A DNA stretch of 64,000 nucleotides from the NCBI RefSeq assembly GCF_009914755.1, contig NC_060944.1. The stretch is one strand, 5' to 3'. The notes beneath the pieces were generated by a model. It was not told the DNA's origin and made no database searches. It saw nothing but the letters and a program-made list of their open reading frames with translations. Positions 12,643 to 24,545 of the stretch are shown one piece after another. Position 1 is the first letter of the stretch; every line of letters begins with the position of its first letter. Origin of the DNA: the human T2T-CHM13v2.0 reference genome, Homo sapiens. A program made the translations under genes and the position numbers.

Positions 12643-12741
12643 CTCTGCTACAGTACCTGGCATTTAGAGGTGTTTAACCAATGTTAGGGAAGAAAACTAA
12701 CACTGGTTAAACACCTCTAAATGCCAAGTACTATAACAGAG
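12643..12741. repeat. Near-perfect inverted repeat (45-bp arms, 9-nt loop), L2/MIR-tail-like
   Basis: 12643-12687 pairs with 12697-12741 at 41/45 positions. Confidence 0.93.
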
Positions 12742-13037
12742 TACTCATTGATCATTTTATTCAATCTTATCTACTCTTCAAAGCCCACAAAAGAAACCTG
12801 TTGATCAAGCAAAGCTTATCACACTTCCTGCAATAAGAGAGAACATTGTCTTAATGGAGAATGGTTTTAGGGCCTGAGCTGGGTGATTTCGAAGTTGGTC
12901 TTGCAAGGCAGGGCACTTGTTGGGACTGGAAAAGTTTATGAAAAGTTTCTTTGGGTTGGTAAGCATATGGAGGTAAGGGTCTTGAAAGGAGTATTGATGA
13001 GTAAGTCATCAATCTTGATAAGTAAGCTGTTTCATTG

Positions 13038-14146
13038 GTGTTATGGGATAAACTGTGCCCCTCTAAAATTCATAGGTTGAAGGCCCAACCCCCCTTCCTC
13101 AGAATGAGACTGTATTTGGAGATAGGCCTTCAAGGGGGTAATTAAGGTTAAACAATGTCATATGGTTGAGCCCTAATCCAATATGACTTATGTCTTAGTT
13201 CATTTGTGCTGCTATAACAAAATGCCATTGACTGAATAATTTATGAAGAACAGAAATTTATTTCTCACAGTTCTGGAGGCTGGTAGGTCTAAGATCAAGG
13301 CCAAGGCCAGCAGTTATGGGGTCTGTCAGGAGCCCAGTCTCTCCTTCCAAGATGGCACCTTGTTGCTGCATCTACCACAGGGAAGGAACACTGTGTCCTC
13401 ACATGGTAGAAGTGATGGAAGGACAAGAAAGGTGAACTCTCTCTGATGCTTCTTTTATAAGGGCATTAATTTATTCATGGAAGTGGCACCTTCATGACTT
13501 AATCACTTTCCAAAAGGCCCCAGTTCTTTTTTGTTTTGTTTTGTTTTGTTTTTCTTGAGATGGAGTTCACTCTGTCACCCAGGCTGGAGTCCAATGGCGT
13601 GATCTCGGCTTACTACAATCTCCACCTCCTGGGTTCAAGTGATTCTCCTGCCTCACTCTCCCAGAGTAGCTGGGATTACAGGTGCATGCCACCACGCCTG
13701 GCTAATTTTTGTATTATTAGTAGAGATGGGGTTTCACTATGTTGGCCAGGCTGGTGTCAAACTCCTAACCTTAGGTGATCCGCCCACCTCAGCCTTCCAA
13801 AATGCTGGGATTACAGGCGTGAGTCACCGCACCCAGCCAAGGCCCCACTTCTTAATACCACCATAATGGGAAGTAAGTTACAACACATGAATTCTGAGGG
13901 ACATTCAGACCATAGCAAATAGTGTCCTTATAAGAAGAGGAGATTAGGACACAGACGCACACAGAGGGATGACCATGTGAGGAAACACAGGGAGAAGACA
14001 GCCATCTGCAAGCCAAGGAGAGGTGCCTCAGAGGAAACAAAACATGCCAACACCTTGATCTCAGACTTCCAGCCTCCAGAACTGTGGGCAAATAAATTTC
14101 TGTTATTTATAGCCACCTGTTCTCACAGCCCTAGCAAACTAATATA
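13038..14146. mobile_element. Nested LTRs: MLT1A/B-like LTR containing an MST-like LTR (~13190-13917)
   Basis: MLT1 breaks at ccctaatccaatatgact and resumes at gtgtccttataagaagaggag; the inner LTR begins tgtcttagttcatttgtgctgctataacaaaat. Confidence 0.75.
13529..13838 (-). mobile_element. Alu (S-like) inserted in the MST LTR
   Basis: Antisense Alu with TSD aaggcccca(g/c)ttctt. Confidence 0.95.
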
Positions 14147-14499
14147 ATCGGTTCACAGTCATCTTTTTGGTACTTCCAGAAACAGGAGATTAAGTAACAT
14201 ACCCAAGATTACAAAGCTATTAATGTGGAGCCAGGGTTCTAACTTCAGTCTACTGAACTACAAAACCAAGTTCTGCATATTTTAAACTTTCCTCTGAAGC
14301 AGAAACAAATTATAAATAGGGACTAAATAGAAAGTAACTAAAGCTTTGTTATATGTTTCTTCAATTGCTCAGTTTTCCATGGGCAGCACAGGGCACTCAT
14401 TGCTGTTTCTTTTCTACAGCCTCCAGCCTAGGACAGCATTTTTGTTTATAAGATATAAAAGCCAGCCAGTGTTTTATCCAGGTGAGCTGACACTCTTGT

Positions 14500-14928
14500 G
14501 TCCCACCCACTGTCCTCAGGCCTGACCATTTCTGGGAGCAGAGATTCTGTGATTTCCAACTGCCAATACCTGCAACTCTTCATCTTAGGCAGTTCCCACT
14601 TGGCCCTGGTTCAGGGCAGATTGGAAGTTCTGAGTAGTGAATGCTCCCCACCAGAGAAGCCCTCAACCAATGATTGATGGGAGTTGGTGGACAAATACCC
14701 CAGTTCCCTCCTCCCTCACGTGGGATGACTCTGAGACATGTTTTCTGTACTATTCCCAGAATTCCCCAATGGGATTGACACCTAGTTGTGGACAGTAGTA
14801 ACAAGCCTGATAACATACCTTGTATTGGCTGCCTTTTCTCCCCATTGTTGCTTTTTGGGATTGCCTCCTAGATAAACTATACTCAAGTCTTTGTCTTGGG
14901 GTCTTCTGGAGAAGCTCAAATGATACCA
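14500..14928. mobile_element. ERVL LTR (LTR16-like)
   Basis: agccctcaaccaatgattgatgggagttggtggacaaatacccc...tactcaagtctttgtcttggggtc. Confidence 0.65.
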
Positions 14929-15639
14929 GGCTATAACCACTGGCTCCAATCTGACAGTCACCTCCCATCTCCAACACCTCTGTATGGATCTCTAGGTTTC
15001 TTAAGCAAGAGGCCACTTTCTTTAACATGACCTGGAAGAGCTGGCATGATCTGGCACCTACCTACCTATTCTTATCAGGGTTCTTAGGTTTAACAACAGA
15101 AGTAGAATCTGGGTAACTAATGCAGAAAATGAATTTATTACAAGGGCATCTCTCACAGAATCAGATTAGCAAGATGGGAACCAGGCTGATTTAGAGACGA
15201 GTAACCAAGGCCCTACCATAAGAACCATCGACTTAGGACACTCCTGCAGACCCTAGCCCACCTTGGTCCTGATCACCCTCTTCCTGCTGCCAGATTCCAC
15301 AACCCAGATACTCCCCCTACTGCTGAATGTTCAGCTATCAGTAGCCCCCATGGAACTCTCTAACCAGTATGTACCCTCCTGGCCCTCCCGAAAGACTTAC
15401 AGCCTGAGAAGGAGCTGTGGGCTTGATATGCTTAAAAAGCATGCTCCCACAGTGCATGGAGAAAGGTCTCTTCCCCTACTTCAGCATCTGCAGAAGGAAA
15501 TGGGGATGTCCCAAATAATCAGGGTGCTCAAATACTGGGTTGCCAGAAGACAGACCCCCTACTGCCTCACAGCCCCCTCCTCATCCTGAAGTCCAGCCCT
15601 ACCAGGCTTTGTGCAGTGTCGCGAGGCCACCATGCTTCT

Positions 15640-15975
15640 CCTTGCCACACAGTGTGCATAGAAGGCTCCCCTCTTCTGCCCAGTCAAACTCCTCTTGGCT
15701 GCAGAATTCAGGTCAGCCTTCCTCGTGGAAGATTTCCTGAGACCACAAACATGTCAGATCCCCCACAAATGCATGCACAACAGCTTTCCTTTGAGAAATT
15801 CATCTCCCTTGTAATTGCATGTCATTTGCCTCCCTCCCAAGAAGTCAGCTCCCTGTGGGTCCAGGCTGTCTCCACTTTTACTCACCCTGTGTGCTCAGCA
15901 CCAAGCAGAAGGTCCAGCACATATTAGGTACCAAATAAATAGCTGTTGAAGAGATGAATAAGTGAATGAACACAT
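15640..15975. mobile_element. L2 3' fragment
   Basis: cagcaccaagcagaaggtccagcacatattaggtaccaaataaatagctgttgaa...tgaataagtgaatgaa is a typical L2 end. Confidence 0.6.
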
Positions 15976-16229
15976 TTATAAGCAGCTCAATTTTGGTTTT
16001 TCACAAATCACTACACAGTTTGTAAATAGCAAAAGACATTGTCCTTTTGGCTTAGAGGTGAGGCAGCTCATATTTTCAATGAGAAAGATGTTCTCTCATG
16101 ACAGACACTAAAATAACCCAATGGGGCGTGTGATCACCTTGATTACATGTTCCCAAAGAAATACTTTTTTAATACCAAATATTTTTCAAAGTTTTTATAA
16201 AGCCTTCCATCTACTCAATGGTAGGTCAT

Positions 16230-16865
16230 ATCTCAATTAACTATTGCTACGTAACAAATGTAACAAGTGTCTCCAAAGCTCAGAGGATAAAAACAACAAT
16301 CATTGGTTATTGTCCATTCATCTAGACGTGGGCTGGGGTAAACTGTTCTAGATGAGGCTCAGCAGAAAGCGACAATGCTCCACGTGCCTCTCATCTTTCT
16401 TAACTACTAATGGGCTATCCCAGGCATGTTCTTCTCAAGCCACCAGTGGGCTAGCCCAGGCATGTTATTCTCAAGCCACCAGTGGGATGGCCCAGGCATG
16501 TTCTTTTCAAGCCATTAGTGGTATAGCCCAGGCATGTTCTTCTCAAGCCACCAGTGGGCTAACCCAGGTATATTCTTCTCAAGCCACCAGTGGGCTAGCC
16601 CAAGTATGTTTTTCTCAAGCCACCAGGGGCCTAGCCCAGGCATATTCCTCTCGCTGCAATGACAGAAGCAAAAGAGGTCAAGTGGAATCACAGGAGTCCT
16701 CTTAAGGCCTAAGCTTAGTCATGGCCCACTATCTCTTCTGCCCCCATGCCATTAGCCAACACAACTCAACATGATCAAGTCCAAAGTCAAGAGTAGGTTA
16801 GTACCTCCACCCACAATGGGTACAGCAAAGGATGAAAATTCAAAGCCAACGAGCAATCTACCTCA
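16230..16865. mobile_element. MLT1-like LTR hosting a minisatellite
   Basis: attaactattgctacgtaacaaa...ccattagccaacacaactcaacatgatcaagtccaaagtcaag...caatctacctca. Confidence 0.6.
16404..16652. repeat. 36-bp minisatellite, ~6.9 copies
   Basis: Unit ccaccagtgggctagcccaggcatgttcttctcaag; all full units are exactly 36 bp. Confidence 0.95.
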
Positions 16866-16964
16866 ATATTAGAGGTCAGGTGAATGATAAGAAGCATTTA
16901 GAGAAGCAAACAGCCAAATGGCAATCAAGCCCTCCATCAGCGTGTATGTTGTATGCCTTTGAAA

Positions 16965-17310
16965 AGCTGTCAGAGACAGTACTTGTCAAAACTGTCAAAG
17001 TCATCAAAAGCAAGAAAAGTCTGAAAATTGTCACAGCCAAGAAGAACCTAAGGAACTATGATGAATAAAAGTAATATGGAATCCTAGATGAGATTATAGG
17101 TCAGAAATAAGACATTAGTTAAAAACTAATTAAATCTGAATAACATATGGGCTTTAATAATAATATATCAACATCGTGTCATTAGTTGTGAGAAATGTAC
17201 CATACTAATGGCAGATGTTAATAACAGGGGAAATTGGGTAAGGAGTATATGGCGACTCTGTGCTTTCAACATTTTTATAAATCTGAAACTATTCCAAAAT
17301 AAAAATAAAA
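16965..17310 (+). mobile_element. Old L1 (L1MC-like) 3' end
   Basis: aaatgtaccatactaatggcagatgttaataacaggggaaattggg...ataaatctgaaactattccaaaataaaa. Confidence 0.65.
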
Positions 17311-18270
17311 TGGTTTTAACAAACACAGCAGTCAGAGATGGAATGTGGTTTATGACAGCAAGAATTATTGCTTGTCTAGACTCAACAAGTTCTTAACCTT
17401 ATTACAGTCTTACAAATGACGGATTTGTTATCTAGGGAAGAAAAAGCCCTCTTCTGGGACTCTGAGACAAAGGATTTATTTGTACCCACCTGAGACGTGC
17501 TCAGAGAGGGACTGGAGGTGCATGGAGAGGGCTCCTGTCAGAATCTTCAATCCGGGGGAGGCCAGCTGCCTGGGATGTGGGGCTGCCTGCCCTCAGTCCC
17601 TATGCAGCCTCCCTTTGGGCTCCTTCCAGCCTCACTCCACTGTGATCTTACTCTTCTCAGTATATCTGTAGTCTTCTCATCCTCCCCCTTCTTCTGTCTC
17701 CTCATCTGTGTGAAAAGACTGGATGAATTCTAGACCCAACTCCAAGCTTCTATACGTTTGCAGTAACACAATGTAAACAGGCTAACTTAAAAGTCCACAG
17801 CTACAAGATCATTTATTTTTCAAAATCTAATTGAAGTCACAGCTCCTTTCAAAGAAAGCACTGTTCACCTCAAAGAAGGTATCCTGAGACCACGAACAGA
17901 TCAGATCCCCGACAAATGCATGCACAACAGCTTTCCTTTGAGAAATCCATCTCCCTTGTAAATGCTGTGTCAATCACATTCCTCCCAAGAAGTCTGCTCC
18001 CGGTGGGTCGGGGCTATGTCAACTTTGGCTCACCCCTAAGTCCTCAGGACACAGGACATAAGCAGATGCATTTTCCGAGGGCGCCCGGCCTAACTGTAAG
18101 TCTCGTGAAGGCAGGGGCCAACATGAATACATCCTGTATCCTCCAAAGATTTAGCAAAATGCTAGGTCCTGTGCCCTACCCCGACCCCCACCCGTAAATA
18201 CCAAGGAAGGAAGACGCCCTCTGCCCCTTCCCCTCTCCTCCCTGGGGCAGAGCGGCGCCCGGACCTGCTC

Positions 18271-18284
18271 GCTGCCATGGCAAC
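18271..18284. promoter_or_regulatory. RFX X-box motif in a small CpG-rich patch
   Basis: GCTGCCATGGCAAC is a 13/14 match to the palindromic RFX consensus GTTGCCATGGCAAC. Confidence 0.6.
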
Positions 18285-18971
18285 GCGGCGCTCCCTCCCA
18301 TAGACAGTGCACCCTCCACGAAGTCACCGAGCAGCTGCTACCGCTGTGTCTCCGCCAGTGCCATTTCTGCTTCCTCGAATTTTAAATTGGCCAGGATAAT
18401 ACAACAAATTAAGGTATTTGCTGGTTTCTATTACCATTTTTTGGTAAATCACTTTTTCCCTATTAATGCATGGGAAAGAGATTGCCAGCAAACACACCAT
18501 TAATTTCACTGAGAAAAAGCTTTAAATGCTCAGTCATGTTTTTCTAATACAATTCAGTGCTTCCAAATTTATTTACTGCTGCCTCAAAAACACCAAGTAA
18601 ATCATGCTTTTATACACGCACGCGATGCCCATGTTGAGAAGAAATTTGCTAAGCGGCTGTGTTTGTTGAATCCTGAGCCTGCCTCTGCACCTAGAACAAT
18701 CCCACCATGAAATGAAATGAATGCTTGCAAAGATTTCTTACTTCCTCCTTTAAAGAGTGGTAGGAAAATGAACAAAGAGGATAAAAGGAAGCAAGCTCAT
18801 CATGCATTCACCAACGTTAAATTTCCAAACGGTAGTTACAAAGCATTTTTAAATTTAAGTTTCATTAAAGATTTGGAAATATATTGCTTTTTTTCTCTGA
18901 CTTCTCCCAGAAAAGTTTTTGGGATTTGGGAATTTTATGTGTAGGTTTTCCACAATGGAGTTTCCTTCCCA

Positions 18972-19200
18972 TGTATGTGTGTGTGTATTTTAATATATAT
19001 ATAATTATATGTTACACATACCATATGCAATATATAAATATTACCTAACATATATTACATAATTATATATTATGCAATTATATATATTATAAAATTATAC
19101 ATAATTTTATATATTGTAGAATTACATATAATTATAGAATTATATGCAATTTTATATATATTAAAATACATAGACAAACATAATTTAGTACATATTTATT
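18972..19200. repeat. AT-rich low-complexity / (TA)n region
   Basis: Degenerate tatata/aattata repeats. Confidence 0.85.
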
Positions 19201-20605
19201 AGCAGTGGGGATATTTGTAATGCAGATAATTACCTGCAGCTTTAAATGACAGTTTTACTGATACACTGTATGTTTGGTGAGAAAGGGTGCTATGTATGGT
19301 AAACGGAAGAGGAGAGGAGGACACAAGTTCAAAGTCGAAAAAGGTTTTGGAGATTATCTTCCAATCTAATGCCCTATTTTACTTGCCTAGAAGATGAGGA
19401 CCAGAGGAAAAACTGACTTGGCTAACAACACACAGTCAACTTGTGGCTGAGCTGTGAGTTAAATGATGAAACTGAAGCAAAATCACTTGGATTTCTGCAT
19501 GGGAGTTGTCGACAGTCATGAAATTACACTCAAAGACTCCAGTGCATTCAACTAAATGTCAATTAGTATCTAAACTTTGCCAGAACACAGCAAACAGCAG
19601 AGCTAAGACATCCTGTGGGTGATCTTCCCTCCCTGCAGCCTGGCTTGATGAATTAGAGTTCTTTGGTTTTCAGAACGTGGTTGCTATTTTCTTCTCCAGC
19701 TCCATTAGCAGGTTGGGAATGGCACACTAGCTTTTTAATTAAAAATAATAATAATTAAAATACCAAACACAGTGTTGACTAAAAACAAACCATTATTCTT
19801 CCTTAATCACTTAGGCTTAGTAATTTCTCTTTGTATTTGGCAAAACTTCAAAAGGAGTAAATCAATGTTAAATCCAAAATTTAATGACTCGAGGGTTTTT
19901 GGAGAAAAAGAAACCTAGCAGTACATCACAATAAGGCAGGAGCCAGAATAAGTCTGGGCTGTTTTACAAGATGCTGTGTTCTACCACTAAAAAGAGGGTT
20001 ATCATAAATATTATTAGTTATATATGAGCTAACCCCAAAACATCTTGATTGCCTTACAAGTCACCTTTTATTTTTAAACTTATGAAAATGTTCCCAATTA
20101 TTCAGAAGCAAGATCATTTTATATAGAGTTCTACTGTTAAAAACAAACACATTCTGTTTTATTACTGCAAACCCTACATGTTTCTCCACAAGCTTTGTCT
20201 AATATTTAAACTGAAAGACTTATTACACGTATTGAAGTGCATATAATGTTCCAAAATAGACGGTCACCAAGTTTAAAAACTTCGCTCTCTCAGCTAACAC
20301 GTGCATATCTTTAACAATTGACAAATTACATATGCAGGATTGTTACACAAAATGAAAATTAAAAAAGAAAAACAATTGACAAAGCGAAGCATATTTGCAT
20401 GTATTAACTCATTTGTTTTGATCTTGTCCTATATTCCTAAAAGTCACAGAAGATAATCTGTTACGTAAATATATGGTCAGTGTGGAAAATTCAAGAAGTA
20501 TATGAAGGAAAAACAGAAATCTCCCTCTATATCGAGCCCCTCTTTCATCTCCACACCCCGGAGGTAATCATTATTATCATTAGTTTGGTATCTATCTTTT
20601 TATAA

Positions 20606-20925
20606 CAGAACTGGCCAATAGAAATGTAATGTGAGCCACAACTGTGTACATAATATGAAGTAGCCACATTTCTATAATAAAAGCAAAGGAAATGAGAGAA
20701 ATTAAATAATAATATATTTATGTAACATAGTATATCCAAAATATTATCATTTCAACATGTTATCAGTACAAAATTATAATGAGATATTTTACATTGTTTT
20801 CTTGTACTAAGTCTTCAAACACCAGTGTGTGTTTCACACTTAGAGCACAAATCAATTCAGACTGCCAAGTTTCAAGTACTCAGTAGCCACACAGGGCAGT
20901 GACTACCTATGGGACAATACAGCTC
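20606..20925. mobile_element. MER33-like hAT-Charlie DNA transposon
   Basis: ccaatagaaatgtaatgtgagccaca...tttcaagtactcagtagccaca...gggacaatacag. Confidence 0.75.
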
Positions 20926-20985
20926 TAGACCTTCCTTTCTATGTGAGAGAGAGACTGTGAGATAGTATATCAACTAAGAATTCTT

Positions 20986-21330
20986 GGCCGGGCACAGTGG
21001 CTCACACCTGTAATCCCAGCACTTTGGGAGGCCGAGGCGGGAGTATTAAGAGGTCAGGAGTTCGAGACCAGCCTGACCAACATGGCGAAACCCCGTCTCT
21101 ACTAAAAATAAAAAAAAATTAGTTGGGCATGGTGGCGCGTGTCTTTAATCCCAGCTACTCAGGAGGCTGAGGCAGGAGAATCCCTTGAACCAGGGAGGCA
21201 GATGTTGCAGAATCAGGGAGGCAGAGGTTGCAGTGAGCCAAGATCGCACCACTGCACTCCAGCCTGGGCGACAGAGTGACACTTCATCTCAAATAAAAAT
21301 ACATAAATTAAAATAAAATAAAATAAAATA
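20986..21330 (+). mobile_element. Alu (S-like) with an internal 23-bp duplication
   Basis: ggccgggcacagtggctcac start, (TAAAA)n tail, TSD aagaatt(c/a)tt. Confidence 0.95.
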
Positions 21331-23206
21331 AAGAATTATTTTGCTGCCAAGAACAGAAGTAATAATCACTGAAATAATAAAGGCTTCAATCAGCCAATGT
21401 AACAGGAAGTCTACAGGTGGCCAGGTCTGAGGCTGGACCAGCAGCTAACAATCCAGGCCTCAGGATGCTCTCTGCAATTGTCTCAACCATCCCCTGTGGT
21501 TGTAAGATGGTTACTGCGGGTCCAGAGAGCACATCTTCCTACTCCAGCTTCCAAAGGCAGGAAGCAGAAGCATAGCTGAGAAAATGAGAAAGAGCTCTTT
21601 CTTCACTCATGAAGGGGAAAAAAATCTTTGTCAGATGCCCCCTTTATATCTTTTGCTCAGAACAGATCACATGGCCTTCCCAGGTTACAAGGGAAGCTGG
21701 GTAAGCAGGTGTCTGGCTCTTTTAGTCTCCACAGTGAGAATCAGTCATAGGAGATGGGGATTGAAAATGTTTAAAAGGTAAGCACCCAAAGAACTGACAT
21801 GGATAGATCTAAAGGTAGCGCTCCTGACTCAAACAGCGTTCCTACTTCAGAGCTGGATGGACTCTTCCAGCCCACTCCTTGTGGGCTGTGCTGATCACAC
21901 TTCCTTCATAAAGTATGTAAAAGAATGTTTCAGCACATCTGCAGCACGTTGGACATTATTAGATTCTCAAATAACCCCGTACAGTTTACACTTTCATGAG
22001 TGTCACCTTCATTTTACCCAGAAGTTAAATAACTTTCTGAGGTCACAGCCAAGAAGAACCTGAGTCATGAACCATCTATTAAACCCAGGCCTTCTGTCTA
22101 CAAACTCACTGCTTTTTCCATTCTCAGCTGCAATCCACCTGACAAGTAAAGAATACTTCATGAAAATTGAAAGTATAATTAAAGAATCTCAAGTTGAATT
22201 TTATGACAAGTTTGAAAACCCAATGTAAGACCCTTCCCAGGATAAGCTCTGGCATTTATAAAAATCCAAACAGCCAGTCTGTGACTGACCACCAGAAAAA
22301 CAGATCTTGGGGCACTTAAATGATCTCTCTACTGTGAACCACTCAGAATTGCTTTTATTATTGGAGAGAAGGTAAAAATAATGACAGCAATGGTGGTTCA
22401 TAATCTTCAAAGTATTTTTATGCCCATCATCTCGTGTGATTAAAAAAAAAAAACCTCTGAGGTTGGCAGAAGTGTGCAACCTTATTTGATAAATGGTAAC
22501 TAAGACTCAGAAAAGTAAAGTAATTGGGTCAAAATCAAACCTGTAGGCTAGGACCCTGGTCTTGGATGCTAGGAACTATGAGAAAGATGGATATCAGAAG
22601 TCATTAGAAGCTCTTCTATTATCAAAACTTTCTCAGTGGTCTAGGCACTGGTTATAATAATAATTATAGTTCACACTTACAGAGCATTTATTACATGCTA
22701 AGCACTGTTCTGAACCCTTTACATTTGTTAACTTATTTAATTTCACGAGAATCCTATAAAATTGTGCATCAGTGCTATGTCTTCATAACAAACTAACGAA
22801 ACTTGCAGGTGTTCACAGCAATATAGACAGTTACTTCTCATTAACAGCTACTAAATGACTGGTTGAGGTTTGGCTGATCTAGGGTGGACTCAGCTTGGGA
22901 TGGCTTTGAGCCCAAGGGTTGCGTTAAAGTTTACTTCTGATTCATACAAATAATACCTTGCTTGTAAATTTCACACTCAATGGACCTCACACACAAATAC
23001 TATTTTCTTAGTCCTCCTGAGTGGGAGTTGGAGTGTCTTGGTGGAAATGGGAGGATTCTGACAAGTAGAGAAATGCCCTGATAGCCACCTCTATCAAAAA
23101 GCCAAGTGGAGTTGAAAATAGGGCACTGGATTTGATAAGAAAGAGATCACTGATGAAGCTGTCACCTGAAATCTGGGAGGGACACCATCAAGCACAGCTT
23201 TCTCTA

Positions 23207-23397
23207 GGGCAACAGTTCTCAAATTGTGTCCCCTGAACCAGCAGCACCAGTGTCACTTGGGAATTGGTTAGGATTTTCTAAGACCCTGCTCCAGACTTAC
23301 GGAATCACAAACTCTGAGAGTGGGGCCCAGCAATTTTTGTTTTAATAAGCTTTCCTGAGGATTCTGATGCTGCTTCTAAATGTGAGCACCACTGCTC
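23207..23397. mobile_element. MER5A-like DNA transposon
   Basis: cagttctcaaa...gtggggcccagcaa...gattctgatgc...gagcaccactg, flanked by ctctag. Confidence 0.75.
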
Positions 23398-23629
23398 TAG
23401 AAGAACACCAAGAAACTGAGCTGTGCACAGCATTCACCATTGCTGACCTGCTAGAAGGTTGATGGTTTTCACCGTAGCATTCGTAATCTTGGTTGTATGC
23501 ACCCTGCCTTTATTTTACTATATATGCAATATAGTCTTTGAAGTCCCTGTCCTACCAAGAGAATCCTACCTTATTTTGGGCTTTGGCTGCTCTAAAAATG
23601 AAAAGTTTTGAAAAGCACAAGTCACCCTA

Positions 23630-24012
23630 AATTGGATCCTGGGTTGTTTTTTGATGGGGGCATAAAGAACATCATTGGGACAATTGATCAAATTTGAATA
23701 AGGTATAGATTAGATAATAGTATTGTATCAATGTTAATTTCCCAATGTTCACAACTGAACTGTGGCTATGTAAGAGAAAGTGACTGTTTCTAGGAAACAC
23801 ATACTGAAGTTTTTTAACTTCAGAGAGCATACTGTTTGCAACTTTCAAACAGTTCAGAAAAAAATGATTTTGCATATGTCGTATGTGTAGAAAAAGAATG
23901 ATAAAGCAAATGTGGTAAAATGTTATATTTAGAAAATCTGAATGAAGAGTATGTAGGAATTCTAAATACTCTTTTCCCAATTTTTGTATTATTTCCAAAT
24001 TAAAAGTTTACA
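23630..24012 (+). mobile_element. Old L1 (L1MC/ME-like) 3' fragment
   Basis: tagattagataatagtattgtatcaatgttaatttcc...ttatttccaaattaaaagtt. Confidence 0.6.
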
Positions 24013-24324
24013 AAGAAAAAGCAAGTAGATCCACCATGACTTGTGCTCCAAATGTATGCAACTGATTTTGCAGAATCTCATGCTTCATGCTCTATCCTGT
24101 TTTGGAGCATAACTTTCCTCCCTCCAAAGGAAACAAGAGACACCTATGGAAATGCTGATGGAGCGAGGGTGGTCACCAGGCATGGAGCAGCACAGGAACA
24201 CAAGCTTCTTGAGGCCTCCCAACTTGATAATCTTCACAGCTGGAAATGTCCCCCTTCCTTCAGAATTTCTCTGACATTATTGTCTGTCCTGGGATATTAT
24301 TGCTCATTTGTTAGTACTAAGAAG

Positions 24325-24545
24325 TAGTTTAAGAGAGCAGTCTCTGGGGCCACTTCATGTATTTATGGCTTCAAACAGCCAGGGTTCAAATTCTGCCTCA
24401 TCCACTTTCTACCTGTGTGACCTCAGGCAAGCCCCTGTGTCCTCATCTGTAAAATAGGGATGATAATAGTAACAAGGATTAAATAAGTGTAAAGGGCTAA
24501 GAACCGTGCTAGCACATGGAAGTTATTCAGTAAGTCTTCACTGTG
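24325..24545 (+). mobile_element. MIR
   Basis: gggttcaaattctgcctc...tgtgtgacctcaggcaag...ctcatctgtaaaatagggatgataatagta. Confidence 0.7.

Noticed and set aside
16404-16652. CRISPR-like array of 36-bp repeats
   Set aside because: Units are contiguous with no unique spacers, there are no cas genes, and the context is primate.
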